DNA of 64,000 nucleotides from an uncultured Thermoplasmata archaeon (lineage in GTDB: Archaea > Thermoplasmatota > Thermoplasmata > RBG-16-68-12), in the NCBI GenBank assembly GCA_963768855.1, contig CAVYJM010000018.1, positions 111,626 through 175,625 on the forward strand. The letters run 5' to 3'. The translations under genes and the position numbers were made by a program. Numbering within the stretch: position 1 is the stretch's first letter; every line of letters starts with the position of its first letter. The notes under the pieces were generated by a model. That model saw only the letters and a list, made by a program, of their open reading frames with translations. It did not search any database and was not told the origin of the DNA. Positions 28,001 to 37,601 of this stretch are shown here, in pieces.

Positions 28001-31000
28001 CCCCGGGCGTGCCGCTATGGTCCTCCTCAACGCCCATGAAGCGATCGACGACGGCCGATACGTCGAGGCCATCGAGTACAAGAAGGTCATCGAGGACATC
28101 CTCACGGACGCGAAGCGCGTCCGCGCCACCCGATCCATGAAGGACGACCTGTCGGAACTCAAGGCCCGCATCGACGCCCACGCGAAGCTCGGGGCCGACA
28201 TGCGCATCCCCCAGGAGATCTGGGACAAGGCCGACGTCCGCGCCGCCCAGGGCGACCTGGAGGAGATGGACAGCTACCGCAAGGAGATCTCCGAGGCGAT
28301 CGATATCGCCTCGAAGGCCCACCTGGACAACCTCGTGGGCTCACTCACGCCCCTCGTCGAGGAGGGGACGGAGCTCGGACTCCGGACCGAGGACCTCGAG
28401 GAATCGAGACAGCACGCCTCGGAGGCGGCGCTCGCGGGAGACCTCGAGAGCGTCTATCGCATTAAGGGCGACCTCCAAGAGAAGGTGCTCGAGGCGAAGC
28501 AGCGCGCCCTCCAACGCCGCTCCCTGCAGGAGGTCCAGACCCTCGAAGACCTGCTCGTCCAGAGCGAACGCCTCGGGATCCCCGTCACGGATGCTCGCAC
28601 GCGCCTCGACGAGGCGCGCCGCGCCATCGAAGCGGGAGACGTCCCCGGGTTCCAGAACGGCGTCGCCTCCGCGAAGGAGGCCCTCGATCAATCGAGGAAC
28701 GATCACTTCATCAGCCGCTACCAGTCCCGCATGCACGCCGTGTCCGCGATGATCGCGAACGCGAAGCGCCTCGGCGCGGAGATCGGCGAGTCGGAATCCT
28801 CTTTGCAGCAGGCGGAGGACGCGGTCCGCAAGAACGACCTGGCGATGGCGGACATCCTGATCAAGCAGGCCGAGGTCTCCATCGGGATGCAGATCGCGAA
28901 CTTCATCAAGAACCGGTACCCCAACCTGTCCCTCCACCTCCCGACCACGGGCTTGCAGGCGAACAACTGGAACCGGTACGTCTTCGAGGTCGAGAACAAA
29001 GGCAAGCTGCCTGCCCGCAACGTCGAGTTCGGGTTCGAGGGGGACATCGAGGTCAAGGGCTCGACGCCGATCGGCGAGCTCGGCGTTGGCGAGAAGAAGC
29101 TCGTCGAGGTCGGACTCAAGCCGGGGAGCTCGGGCGAACTGCCGATCACCGTCGATGTCGCCTACCAGCGGATGTTCGATGAGAACCGCTACGAGCTCAA
29201 GGACCGCCAGGCCGTCAAGGTCGAACCCGAAGGCACGTACCTCGTCGAGGACGTGTTCCTGATCCACTCGGACGGGCGGCTCATCTGCCACCACTCCCGC
29301 AAGTTCCGGGAGGAGATCGACGAGGACATCTTCTCCGGCATGCTCACGGTCGTCCGCGACTTCGTCAAGGACTCCTTCAAGCGCGCGCGCAAGGGGCTCG
29401 ACCGCCTCGGCTTCGGCGACGAGAAGGTCTTGATCGAGCGGTCCGACCACACCTACCTCGCGACGGTCCTCGTCGGCGAGGAGCCCAAGCTCTTGCCCCT
29501 CTACATGGCCCAGATCCTCGAGGAGGTCGAAACGAAGTACGGGACCGTCCTCGAGAGGTGGACCGGCCTCCTGCACCAGCTCGAGGGCATCGACGACATC
29601 ATCAAGAAGCTCCTCCTGGTCGCGAGCGACCCCAAGGCGGACATGGGCCCCCTCGCGAACAGTTCGATCACGCTCACCGCGAAACTCATCGACGCCCTCG
29701 GCGTCGAGCAGACGATGGAGGCGAACGAGCTCCTCAGCAAGGCCGAGTCCACGCTCGACACGGACGTGCGGCTCGCCCTGCAGTTCATCGAGCAGGCGAA
29801 GGCCCAGGCGGACGCCGCGCAGCAGCAGCTGCAGGGGAGGATGAGCGACCTCCTGGCGGCCGCACGCGACACGGTCGCGGAAATGCGGACCCTCGGCGTC
29901 GACGTCAGCCAAGCGGAGCTCCTGTTGCGGGAGGCCGAGGAGGCCTACAACGAGGGCAAGTACGAGCGCGTCCGCGAGATCCATGCCGGGCTGCACGAGT
30001 CCCTCGAGCGTGCCAAGGGCGAGATCGCCGCGAAGCGCGTCGAGATCGAGCTCGCATCCCTGATCAACGACATCCAGATCGCGAAGAGCCAGAACCTCGA
30101 CGTCCGCGAGGCGGAATCGTACCTCACGAAGATCGAGGCTGCGATCCAGCGGAAGAACTACCGCCAGATGGAGGACTACCTCCGGCGGGCCAAGGAGAGC
30201 CTCGCGCGCCAGCGGCGGCACACCGTGCTGACCCGCGCGAAGGAGGAACTCACCCGCCTCCAGGCGACCGTCACGGAGGCCAAGGAGGTCCATGCGGACC
30301 TCGGCGACGTGGAGGTCCTGCTGGCCAAGGCGGAGGACGCGCTGAAGGCGGAGGACTTCAAAGGGCTCGAGCCCCTCATCGACCGCGCCGAGGCCACCGC
30401 GAAGGCGCGGGTCGAACAGATCCTGCGGGACCGGTATCCGCGGCTCTTCCTCGAGGAGAAGAACGCGGGTCTCCAGGCGAACCGCTGGAACCGGATGGAG
30501 CTGCAGATCGAGAACAAAGGCGACTGGCCTGCGCGGAACATCATGCCCGTCGTCAACGGCCCCGCGGACGTGCAGGGCCTCCACAGCGTCGACAAGCTCG
30601 ACCCCGACGAAAAGGTCTCCCTCGAGTTCGGCGTCCGCCCCCGGGAAGCGGGCACGATGGACCTGGACTTCGAGGTTCACTACTCGCGTCCCCTGGATGA
30701 TGCGAAGCACCAGGTCACGGACTCGAAGGTCGTCCGCGTGGAAACCGAGGATGGGTACTCCGTCGAGGACGCCATCCTCTTCCACGAGGGCGGGGTCCTC
30801 ATCTGCCATGAGAGTCGGCTCTACCTCGCCCCGGAGGAGTCGGCGAAGGCGACGAACCTCCAGGCCCAGGCGAAGGCCCTCGTGACGAAGGCGTACGCGG
30901 ACCCTGCCGTGAAGGGGGTCCAGCGCGCCCAGATGGGGGACAAGGACTTCTTCGCTACGCGCGGGCCGCGTGTGTTCCTGGTCCTCGCCCTCCGGGGCGC

Positions 31001-32177
31001 GGAACCGAAGACCTTGCCGCTCTACGCCGTCCAGGTGCTCAAGGAGATCCACGACCTGTACGGCATCCGCCTCGAGAACTGGAGCGGGGACCTGAACGTC
31101 CTCGGAGGCATCCAGGACCTCGTCCGCAAACTGCTCTTCGCGACCGAGGTCGAAGGCGTGTCCCTCGGCCCGCTCGAGGACACCCCGGTCAGCAAGATCG
31201 AGTTCCTGCTGGGCCGCGGGTTCCTTGGCGGCAAGGAGGGCGACTTCCTGGCGTCCGCCCGCGCCGCGATCGAGACGAGCGGCTACGAGGCCGGGACGAA
31301 GATGCTGCAGAAGGTGATTGAGGCGACGGCCGGCCCCGCAGAGGAGATCCAGAGCCAGATCCAGCGCGAGGTCCTCACCGCGAAGGAGGCGGGGACCCTC
31401 CAGCTGTCGGACGAGCAGGTCAAGGCGTTCGTCGACGTGCTGCGGCGCGCCCTGGAGGCGAGCTTCCAGGCGAAGATGCGCGCGGGGATCGAGCGCTACT
31501 GGCCCGTTTCCCGTCTCGCGATCAAGGCGGACGACCCGCTCGTCTACGATGCGGTCAGCGCCTTCCGGAAGATCATCGTCGGGCAGAGCGGCGCGAAGGA
31601 GCTCGACATCATCCCGCCGAACGAGACGTGGCGGGGCATGAGGATCGACATCGACGTCCACATGGACTCCGTATCAGCGGCCTACAAGCTCTGGGCCAAG
31701 AAGATCGAGATCCTGCTCCGGTCCCAGGACGCCTGGAAGATCAAGGCGGGCCTCGAGAAAGGCGAGTACTCCGTCGGCATCGAGGGCCAGAAGGTCCGGA
31801 TCGATCCAAGCATGGTCTCCTTCGTGGAGAGCATCCCGGAGCACGTGGTCGAGGAGCCCTTCGAAGGCGGCGTCGTCTTCCTCGACACGCGGCTGAACAA
31901 AGACCTGCTCGCGGAGGGCTACGCGCGAGAGATCGTGAGCATCGTCAAGGACTCCCGGAAGGAGATGAAGCTCGGCGACGACAGCGTCGTGGAGCTCGAG
32001 ATCGTCGGGACGGCGGACGTCCGGAACATGCTGAAGCCGTGGCGGGACATGATCCTGCGCGAGTCGAACGCCCTCGAAGTGCGGTTCGGCTCCAAGGCGC
32101 CGCAGGACGCCTACGTCGTCGAGGCGGTCCTCGGGAAGGACACCTTGTACCTGGGGATCCGTCAGGCGCAGATGTAA
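25023..32177 (+). CDS. Giant multidomain protein: Zn ribbon, helical repeats, 2x(Ig-like + longin/roadblock-like), IleRS C-terminal-like domain
   Basis: CVLC/CDAC; repeated A..AG.D..EAE..L..A helices; VENKGKLPARNV and IENKGDWPARNI; DEDIFSGML; VFLDTRLNKDLLAEGYAREIV. Confidence 0.8.
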   Translation: MPRCVLCESEVPDGRTTCDACGQPLDRPVTGAASAGAVRKALEGARKDLAAATHDRVDIAFARGLVERAEQTEAAGELGRALDLARASRRAIDLTKRRARVADALARAEAVLAGAKQAGIETTAFEWNIAKAKARANTGDAAGAEKLLRRISIRTLDQRRERLLQKVLDNAQARVNYARERGGSVMDAEAVLADAREALALRDYAKIRPLTAKAIEKAEAARKYARAERILDGAAVEVDSARKAGVNITDSRKHLTSARDALRKGVFADVQTLAQKARHGLQEARRRAAAEGVLREAERETGREGHKGVDVTHAEAFLQEGGKALQNRDYPKVRENAADAHDAVREAVLLKRVEDSLAALRLDLEDLQKLGADSSEFESVLADLTKAVGSHDLGGARRLVAHARHAAETARDAHYRGVMERSLKVILINASRGLDPEVGRQLLRQVDDAISLGKTVDLQSLIDQHLQTADTETERKLNDRVLVARDEIVKLRQAGQDTVAMEGKLADAAIAIQEGRFPNADGLLDAVEHDFQTMRETLRGEAAEVLGRARGEIDHAQAAGVPVDSPVLMMLKEAESAYAESRYGDTVYVGKSCIDEVQRITTEARQVKAASTQQQARVKAERIQGLRDRMQTLGTEVQRLVEENLDLAKAMSLLSSAELAIKDDDLDRAERYVSAAEGLVDGAKTALTREATEAIERLREKVAAARDEGFLSPEMESGLAEAETHLKEDRAGHALRAAKALEQTIEAKRHERLVEQQRVAMDKAKSAATKFIAVKKIIEDLRKADIDITGAEEDLHKAEKALDERAFDDVDAILTELDETAKELMDELVAAARALIQRAERRIQEGKEKGIDTAEASEQLARAQGHFDHTEYADAVEFARAAETKVTEALKIIEDTKALEARRAQETARGELQSLRKVIADLARADIAMVNADGAMARAERAFEEGRYSEVHAELAETKEMAHGLTIGLEAAARDLVGTAERDVEETRTAGLDPGRAAMVLLNAHEAIDDGRYVEAIEYKKVIEDILTDAKRVRATRSMKDDLSELKARIDAHAKLGADMRIPQEIWDKADVRAAQGDLEEMDSYRKEISEAIDIASKAHLDNLVGSLTPLVEEGTELGLRTEDLEESRQHASEAALAGDLESVYRIKGDLQEKVLEAKQRALQRRSLQEVQTLEDLLVQSERLGIPVTDARTRLDEARRAIEAGDVPGFQNGVASAKEALDQSRNDHFISRYQSRMHAVSAMIANAKRLGAEIGESESSLQQAEDAVRKNDLAMADILIKQAEVSIGMQIANFIKNRYPNLSLHLPTTGLQANNWNRYVFEVENKGKLPARNVEFGFEGDIEVKGSTPIGELGVGEKKLVEVGLKPGSSGELPITVDVAYQRMFDENRYELKDRQAVKVEPEGTYLVEDVFLIHSDGRLICHHSRKFREEIDEDIFSGMLTVVRDFVKDSFKRARKGLDRLGFGDEKVLIERSDHTYLATVLVGEEPKLLPLYMAQILEEVETKYGTVLERWTGLLHQLEGIDDIIKKLLLVASDPKADMGPLANSSITLTAKLIDALGVEQTMEANELLSKAESTLDTDVRLALQFIEQAKAQADAAQQQLQGRMSDLLAAARDTVAEMRTLGVDVSQAELLLREAEEAYNEGKYERVREIHAGLHESLERAKGEIAAKRVEIELASLINDIQIAKSQNLDVREAESYLTKIEAAIQRKNYRQMEDYLRRAKESLARQRRHTVLTRAKEELTRLQATVTEAKEVHADLGDVEVLLAKAEDALKAEDFKGLEPLIDRAEATAKARVEQILRDRYPRLFLEEKNAGLQANRWNRMELQIENKGDWPARNIMPVVNGPADVQGLHSVDKLDPDEKVSLEFGVRPREAGTMDLDFEVHYSRPLDDAKHQVTDSKVVRVETEDGYSVEDAILFHEGGVLICHESRLYLAPEESAKATNLQAQAKALVTKAYADPAVKGVQRAQMGDKDFFATRGPRVFLVLALRGAEPKTLPLYAVQVLKEIHDLYGIRLENWSGDLNVLGGIQDLVRKLLFATEVEGVSLGPLEDTPVSKIEFLLGRGFLGGKEGDFLASARAAIETSGYEAGTKMLQKVIEATAGPAEEIQSQIQREVLTAKEAGTLQLSDEQVKAFVDVLRRALEASFQAKMRAGIERYWPVSRLAIKADDPLVYDAVSAFRKIIVGQSGAKELDIIPPNETWRGMRIDIDVHMDSVSAAYKLWAKKIEILLRSQDAWKIKAGLEKGEYSVGIEGQKVRIDPSMVSFVESIPEHVVEEPFEGGVVFLDTRLNKDLLAEGYAREIVSIVKDSRKEMKLGDDSVVELEIVGTADVRNMLKPWRDMILRESNALEVRFGSKAPQDAYVVEAVLGKDTLYLGIRQAQM

Positions 32178-32216
32178 CGACAAGGCTTTACGCGCTCCCG
32201 CCGTTCGACCGCCGCC

Positions 32217-33239
32217 ATGGGAATCATCCTCTCCGACATCGTCACGCCGGAGCGGCGGACGCTTGAGGACTTCTCGGGGAAGATCCTCGCCATCGACGCG
32301 TTCAACACGCTGTACCAATTCCTCGCGATCATCCGCCAGCCGGACGGGACGCCCCTCATGGACAGCCAGGGCCGCGTGACGTCGCACTTGAGCGGCCTGA
32401 TCTACCGCCTCTCCAACTTCGTCGCGGCGGGCATCCGGCCCGTGTTCGTGTTCGACGGGCAGCCGCCGAGGCTCAAGGCGCGCACAATCGAGGCCCGGAT
32501 CGAGGTCAAGGCGCGGGCCGAGCGGGAGTGGAAGGAGGCGGTCGAGATCGGAGATCTCGCGACCGCGCGGACGAAGGCGATGCAAACCTCCCGGCTCACG
32601 GGAGAGATGGTCGACCAGTCCAAGCGGCTCCTCGACCTGCTCGGGATCCCCTGCGTCCAGGCGCCGAGCGAGGGCGAGGCCCAGGCCTCCGCGATGGCCC
32701 GCGCGGGCAGCGCGTACGCGGCCGCCTCCCAGGACTACGACGCGCTCCTCTTCGGCTCGCCGCGGCTCGTGAAGAACCTCGCGATCACGGGGCGCCGTAA
32801 GCTCCCTCGCAAAGAGGTCTACGTGGATGTCCAGCCGGAGGAGATCGGGCTCGAACCGACGCTCAGCGCGCTCGGCATCAGCCGCGAGCAGCTCGTCGAC
32901 ATGGCCCTCCTGATCGGCACGGACTTCAACGAGGGCGTGCGCGGCATCGGGCCGAAGAAGGCGCTCCACCTGATCCGAAAGCACGGATCCCTGGAGCCCG
33001 CGCTCGCGGAGCTCAAGGTGGACATCGAGTCGAAGGACGAGGTGCGGGAGATCTTCCTCCAGCCGCGCGTCCTCGCGGAGGTCCGGGTCGAGTTCCGGGA
33101 CCCGGACGCGGACGGGGTGCGTCGGATGCTGTGCGACGAATTCGCGTTCTCGCGGGAGCGAATCGACCAGGCCCTCGCGAAATTCGCCGGGGCGAGAGGG
33201 CAGCAGAAGCAGAAATCCCTCGACACCTGGTTCGGCTGA
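32217..33239 (+). CDS. fen: Flap endonuclease 1
   Basis: LAIDAFNTLYQFL, TSHLSGL, APSEGEAQA, SQDYDALLFG; C-terminal QKSLDTWF PIP box. Confidence 0.97.
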   Translation: MGIILSDIVTPERRTLEDFSGKILAIDAFNTLYQFLAIIRQPDGTPLMDSQGRVTSHLSGLIYRLSNFVAAGIRPVFVFDGQPPRLKARTIEARIEVKARAEREWKEAVEIGDLATARTKAMQTSRLTGEMVDQSKRLLDLLGIPCVQAPSEGEAQASAMARAGSAYAAASQDYDALLFGSPRLVKNLAITGRRKLPRKEVYVDVQPEEIGLEPTLSALGISREQLVDMALLIGTDFNEGVRGIGPKKALHLIRKHGSLEPALAELKVDIESKDEVREIFLQPRVLAEVRVEFRDPDADGVRRMLCDEFAFSRERIDQALAKFAGARGQQKQKSLDTWFG

Positions 33240-33309
33240 CGGGGCTGGGAATCGCTTTCCGGCAATCGAAGGAAAGCCTTTATCCCGTACGCCCCGTGCC
33301 GGGGGGGCC

Positions 33310-34098
33310 ATGGTCTTGGACGTCGTCACGTCCGCCCTCGTCAGCACGGGTCTCTGCGGGGTGCTGTGCTATCTCGCGTACGCGGAGGACGTGCTGACGC
33401 TGGACGGCACCGTCGCGGCGTTCGGCGTGGGGATGGTCATCGGGATCTTCGGCGACGTCACGTGGCTGCTGCTCCTCCTCTTCTTCCTCCTCTCGAGCTT
33501 CCTCGCGACGCGGTACAAGTTCGCCCTCAAGGAGGCCATGGGCGTCCAGGAGGGCGTGAAGGGGGAGCGGCGCGCCTCGAACGTCCTGGCCAACGGCATC
33601 GCGCCGATGGCCGCGGCCATCCTGTCCTTCGTCGATCCGCCCTGGTTCCCGCGGGCGCTGAGCGGCATCGTCTTCCTCTCCGCCCTCGCCGTCGCGGGCT
33701 CCGACACCCTCGCGAGCGAAATCGGGGTCCTCCAGCGGAACGCGTACCTCATCACGACGTTCAAGCGGGTCCCTCCCGGGACGGACGGCGGGATTTCCCT
33801 GCTCGGGCAGGCGTGCGCCCTCGGCGCCGCCCTGTACACCGCGGTCGTCGGATGGTTCGTCCTCGGGGACCTCGCGCGCATGTACAACCTGTCCGTGACG
33901 ATGCCCGTGGTCGCGGGCTACCTCCTGATCCCCGCGGTCATCGGGTTCGTGGGCTGCCAGATCGACAGCGTCATTGGCGCGACCCTGGAGAGGAAGGGGC
34001 TCGTGAACAAGAAGACGACGAACCTGCTCGCCACATGCGCGGGCACGATCCTCGCCTACGTCGCCCTGGCGGCTTGGACCCCCGGGCTCACGCTCTGA
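33310..34098 (+). CDS. DUF92 family membrane protein
   Basis: RRASNVLANG, DTLASEIG, GTDGGISLLG, DSVIGATLE. Confidence 0.88.
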   Translation: MVLDVVTSALVSTGLCGVLCYLAYAEDVLTLDGTVAAFGVGMVIGIFGDVTWLLLLLFFLLSSFLATRYKFALKEAMGVQEGVKGERRASNVLANGIAPMAAAILSFVDPPWFPRALSGIVFLSALAVAGSDTLASEIGVLQRNAYLITTFKRVPPGTDGGISLLGQACALGAALYTAVVGWFVLGDLARMYNLSVTMPVVAGYLLIPAVIGFVGCQIDSVIGATLERKGLVNKKTTNLLATCAGTILAYVALAAWTPGLTL

Positions 34099-35443
34099 CC
34101 GCGCGGCGCACCAGGTCCGCGCCCTCCGCGGCGAGCGCCTTCGCGCGCTCCGCGGTCCGCGCCTCCGCGTAGATCCGGAACAGGGGTTCCGTCCCGGAAG
34201 GCCGCACGAGGACCCAGCCGTCCTCTTCGTGAATCTTGACGCCGTCGATCGTGTCCACACGGCGGCCCTTCACGAGCGCGACGAGCGCGTCCAGGGTGGC
34301 CTCCCGCTTCGCGACCGGGACCTCGACCCCCGCCTTCGAAAGACTGTACTGGGGAAGCTCCGCGACGAGGCGGGAGAGGGGTTTTCCCTCCCGAGCGACG
34401 ACCTCGAGCATCTTCGCGAGCGTCATGCCGCCATCCCGGCAGAACTGGTGCTCGGGGAAGATGATGCCCCCGTTCTCCTCCCCGCCGAACGCGGCGCCCT
34501 GGGCGAGCATCGTGCGCGCGACGATCGGCGATCCGACCTTCGTTCGCAGGACTCGGCCGCCCGCCTCCTTGACGACGTCGTCGAGGACGCTCGACGTGCT
34601 GACCGGGGTCACGACCAGCCCGCCCCGCTTCGCGAGCTCCGACTTCGCGATCAAGGCGAGGCTCCGGTCTCCATACAGGAACGCCCCGGTCTCGTCGATG
34701 AAGATCGCGCGATCCGCGTCGCCGTCGTGGGCGACGCCGAGATCGGCCTTGGATTCCCGGACCACGTGCATCAGGTCGCCGAGGTGCTCCACGGTCGGCT
34801 CGGGGAGTCGGCCAGGGAACGCGCCGTCCGGCTGGCCGTTGAGCGTCAGGACACGGCAGCCGAGCATCCGCAGGAGGTACGGCGTCGTGACGCAGCCCGC
34901 GCCGTTGGCGGGATCCGCCACCACGGTGAGCTTCTTCCGGCGGATGAGCTCGACATCGACCCGGGAGAGGATGCCCCGGAGATACAGATCGACCGCGCCC
35001 GAGTCGCTCCGGAGGTCGCCCACCCCGGACCAGTCCGCGGCCCGGGACCGGTCTTCGAAATAGATTGCCTCGATGGCCTCTTCCTCCTCGCGGGCCATCT
35101 CCATGCCGAGCCCGTCGAGGACCTTGATCCCGTTGAACTCCCGCGGATTATGGGAGGCGGTGATCACGACGCCGCCCCGGAGGTCCCCGCGCGTGTGAAC
35201 GTAGTACTGGGCACAGGGCGTCGGGACCATCCCCAGGTCGATCACCTCGAGGCCCGCGGACATGAGGCCGGCCGCGACGGCCCGTGCGAGCATCGGCCCC
35301 GAGAGGCGAGGATCCCGTGCCAGCGCGACGGAGCCCGGCCCGAAGTGCGTGCCGATCGCGCGGCCCACGCGGACCGCGAGCTCCACCGTCATGTCCTGGC
35401 CGACGACCCCTCGGATCCCGTTCGTCCCGAAAAGGCGGGTCAT
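34088..35443 (-). CDS. glmM: Phosphoglucosamine mutase / PMM-PGM family
   Basis: LFGTNGIRG, TASHNP, DGDADR, GEENGG, RPSGTEP. Confidence 0.9.
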   Translation of the reverse strand: MTRLFGTNGIRGVVGQDMTVELAVRVGRAIGTHFGPGSVALARDPRLSGPMLARAVAAGLMSAGLEVIDLGMVPTPCAQYYVHTRGDLRGGVVITASHNPREFNGIKVLDGLGMEMAREEEEAIEAIYFEDRSRAADWSGVGDLRSDSGAVDLYLRGILSRVDVELIRRKKLTVVADPANGAGCVTTPYLLRMLGCRVLTLNGQPDGAFPGRLPEPTVEHLGDLMHVVRESKADLGVAHDGDADRAIFIDETGAFLYGDRSLALIAKSELAKRGGLVVTPVSTSSVLDDVVKEAGGRVLRTKVGSPIVARTMLAQGAAFGGEENGGIIFPEHQFCRDGGMTLAKMLEVVAREGKPLSRLVAELPQYSLSKAGVEVPVAKREATLDALVALVKGRRVDTIDGVKIHEEDGWVLVRPSGTEPLFRIYAEARTAERAKALAAEGADLVRRAVRA

Positions 35444-36450
35444 CGGTCCACCCTCGCCCCGACGAGCTTCGCGTGGGGGGGAACCTGCACGCCGTCGCCC
35501 ACGATCGTGTTCCGGACGACTGAGCCTTCCCCGATCGCGGCGCCCGCGCCGATGATCGCCCCGTCCAGGTCGGCCTTGTCGTCCACGCTCACACCGTCGA
35601 ACAGGGCCGCGTTCCGGATCGCGCAGCGTCCGATCTTGCACCCTCTCCCGAGGACGACGTTGGGCCCGAGATGCCCCTCGACGAAGGAACCGCCGGCGAC
35701 CAGGACCGGGGACCGGACCTGTGCGCGGGACGCCTCCGCCCCGGCCGCGATCCCGGCCTTCCCGTTCTCGAGCAGCAGGCGCTGCGCTTCGAGGTAGGCG
35801 GGGAGCGTCCCCGCGTCCGACCAGAAGCCCGTCTCCCGGAACGCGTGGAGGCCGAGGGGGATGAGCTTCGGGAAGACCTCCCGCTCCAGGGAGACCGCGC
35901 GGCCTGCCTCGATGAAATCGAAGACGTCGGGCTCGAAGAGGTACCGCCCCGCGTTCACGAGGTTGCTCGGGGCCTCCGTCTCCTGGGGCTTCTCGACGAA
36001 CCGCGTAATCCGCTCCCCGTCCAGAGCGACGACCCCGAACGCGGTCGGGTCCTCCACGGATCCGACCCCAAGGGAGCCGATCCCGCCGTGACGGCGGTGG
36101 AACTTGAGGAACGCCCCGAAGTCGATGTTGTCGATCACATCCCCGTTCGCGACCGCGAACGTGCCGGAGACGTGGGCCTCCACGTTCTTGATGGCCCCGC
36201 CCGTGCCGAGGGGCGTCGACTCGTTCACGACGACGACCTCGACGTCGGAGTCGAGGGCCTCGAAGTAGTCCCGCACGGGCTCGTACAGATAGTTCACGGC
36301 CACGATGATCCGCTCACAGGAAGGGGGAAGGCGGTCCAAGACATGGAGGATCTGCGGACGATTGAGGAGGGGCACGAGCGCCTTGGGGCGCTGAAGGGTC
36401 AGCGGGCGGAGCCGGGTCCCGAGTCCGCCCGCGATGACGATGAACTCCAC
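35440..36450 (-). CDS. Sugar-phosphate nucleotidyltransferase (GlmU/GMPP-like)
   Basis: AGGLGTRLRPLT, PKALVP, PLGTGGA; C-terminal hexapeptide repeats. Confidence 0.88.
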   Translation of the reverse strand: MEFIVIAGGLGTRLRPLTLQRPKALVPLLNRPQILHVLDRLPPSCERIIVAVNYLYEPVRDYFEALDSDVEVVVVNESTPLGTGGAIKNVEAHVSGTFAVANGDVIDNIDFGAFLKFHRRHGGIGSLGVGSVEDPTAFGVVALDGERITRFVEKPQETEAPSNLVNAGRYLFEPDVFDFIEAGRAVSLEREVFPKLIPLGLHAFRETGFWSDAGTLPAYLEAQRLLLENGKAGIAAGAEASRAQVRSPVLVAGGSFVEGHLGPNVVLGRGCKIGRCAIRNAALFDGVSVDDKADLDGAIIGAGAAIGEGSVVRNTIVGDGVQVPPHAKLVGARVDR

Positions 36451-36498
36451 ACCCGCGCGGATGTAGGGTCGCGGATATCTATTTTCTGCCCGCGGCGG

Positions 36499-36714
36499 TC
36501 ACTTCGGGACGATCGTGACCACGTTGTTCCCGCGGAGGACCACGGTGCCGACGCGCCGCACGTTGTCTTCCTTCGTCTCTTCCGTGTCCTCGAGGACCAT
36601 GTTCATGTAGTCGTCGTAGCCGACGAGCTTGCCCTCGAGCAAGCGGTTGTCCTTGAGGAGGAGCTGGACGCGTTTGTTGATAGATTTTTCTAGGACGTTG
36701 AGTGGCATCACCAT
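36499..36714 (-). CDS. Sm-like archaeal protein (SmAP/LSm)
   Basis: EGKLVGYDDYMNMVL and VLRGNNV. Confidence 0.93.
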   Translation of the reverse strand: MVMPLNVLEKSINKRVQLLLKDNRLLEGKLVGYDDYMNMVLEDTEETKEDNVRRVGTVVLRGNNVVTIVPK

Positions 36715-36865
36715 GAAAGGCCGTTCCCCCTTCTGTGGCGGCGGAAGCGAGTGGGCGGTCTTAAACCTTTTCGTCTCGTCCCCGGAGAACCGGGGGTTGC
36801 ATGGAGGGACCGACGGCGGGGACGAACGTATTTATCGCGAGGCGCCGGTTCGCCGGGCGGAGATC

Positions 36866-37126
36866 ATGGAACGAGTGAAGGTCGGGGAGGTCTTCCACTA
36901 CTTCGGGAAGATCGGCGTCGCGGCCATCCGCCTGACGGACGGCGCGCTAGCGGTTGGGGACACGATCCAGGTGCAGGGACCGTCCACGAACCTGACGCAG
37001 GTCGTCGACGCGATGCAGATCGAGCATGGCGTCGTCGCGCGCGCGGAGAGGGGCCAGGAGGTCGGCGTGAAGCTGAACGACCGCGCGCGGGAACGGGACC
37101 TCGTGTTCAAGGTTCTGCCGGGTTGA
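36866..37126 (+). CDS. EF-Tu domain II-like / U32 C-terminal-like beta-barrel protein
   Basis: VGEVFHYFGKIGVA...VGDTIQVQG...GQEVGVK. Confidence 0.75.
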   Translation: MERVKVGEVFHYFGKIGVAAIRLTDGALAVGDTIQVQGPSTNLTQVVDAMQIEHGVVARAERGQEVGVKLNDRARERDLVFKVLPG

Positions 37127-37135
37127 GCAGCGCGC

Positions 37136-37600
37136 TCAGAGCAGCCAGCCACGCAGCACGGTGTAGAGAGCGAGCAGGCTGCCGACGACCGCGAGGCCGT
37201 GGAACAGGGCGCTGATCCCCTTCTCGCCGCGGTGGTGCGTGAGCTCCGCCGCCATGTAGGTGAACCGGTGCGCTCCGTGGAGGAGCGCGCCCGCGATCAG
37301 GACCAGGAAGAAGAGGCGCACGAGCAGCCCCTGGAAGTTCGGGGCCGCGGGGTTCATCGCGGAGGCAAGCCACGTGTACTCGATCCGGTCCGGCGTCCAG
37401 AACCCGAACGGGACGAGGAAGGACAGGGCGACGATCGTGACGGGCAGGAGGAACGCGGTCAGGAAACCGCCCAGGGAGAAGAGGCCCCAGAAGAACGGTT
37501 CGAGGACCACGCCGCCTTCCTTCTGCGCCGCCTCGACCCGGATGGCCCGGTGGCCGGGGTTGTAGCGGGGGTCGAACGTCCCGGCGGGCTCCTCGGCCAC
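37136..37600 (-). CDS. frdD: Fumarate reductase subunit D
   Basis: EPFFWGLFSLGG resembles the FrdD EPVFWGLFGAGG motif; operonic. Confidence 0.8.
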   Translation of the reverse strand: MAEEPAGTFDPRYNPGHRAIRVEAAQKEGGVVLEPFFWGLFSLGGFLTAFLLPVTIVALSFLVPFGFWTPDRIEYTWLASAMNPAAPNFQGLLVRLFFLVLIAGALLHGAHRFTYMAAELTHHRGEKGISALFHGLAVVGSLLALYTVLRGWLL

Positions 37601-37601
37601 G

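Noticed and set aside
28341-33347. Long minus-strand ORFs (1106 aa, 557 aa) opposite the giant gene and fen
   Set aside because: Antisense shadow ORFs expected in GC3-rich coding DNA; no motifs
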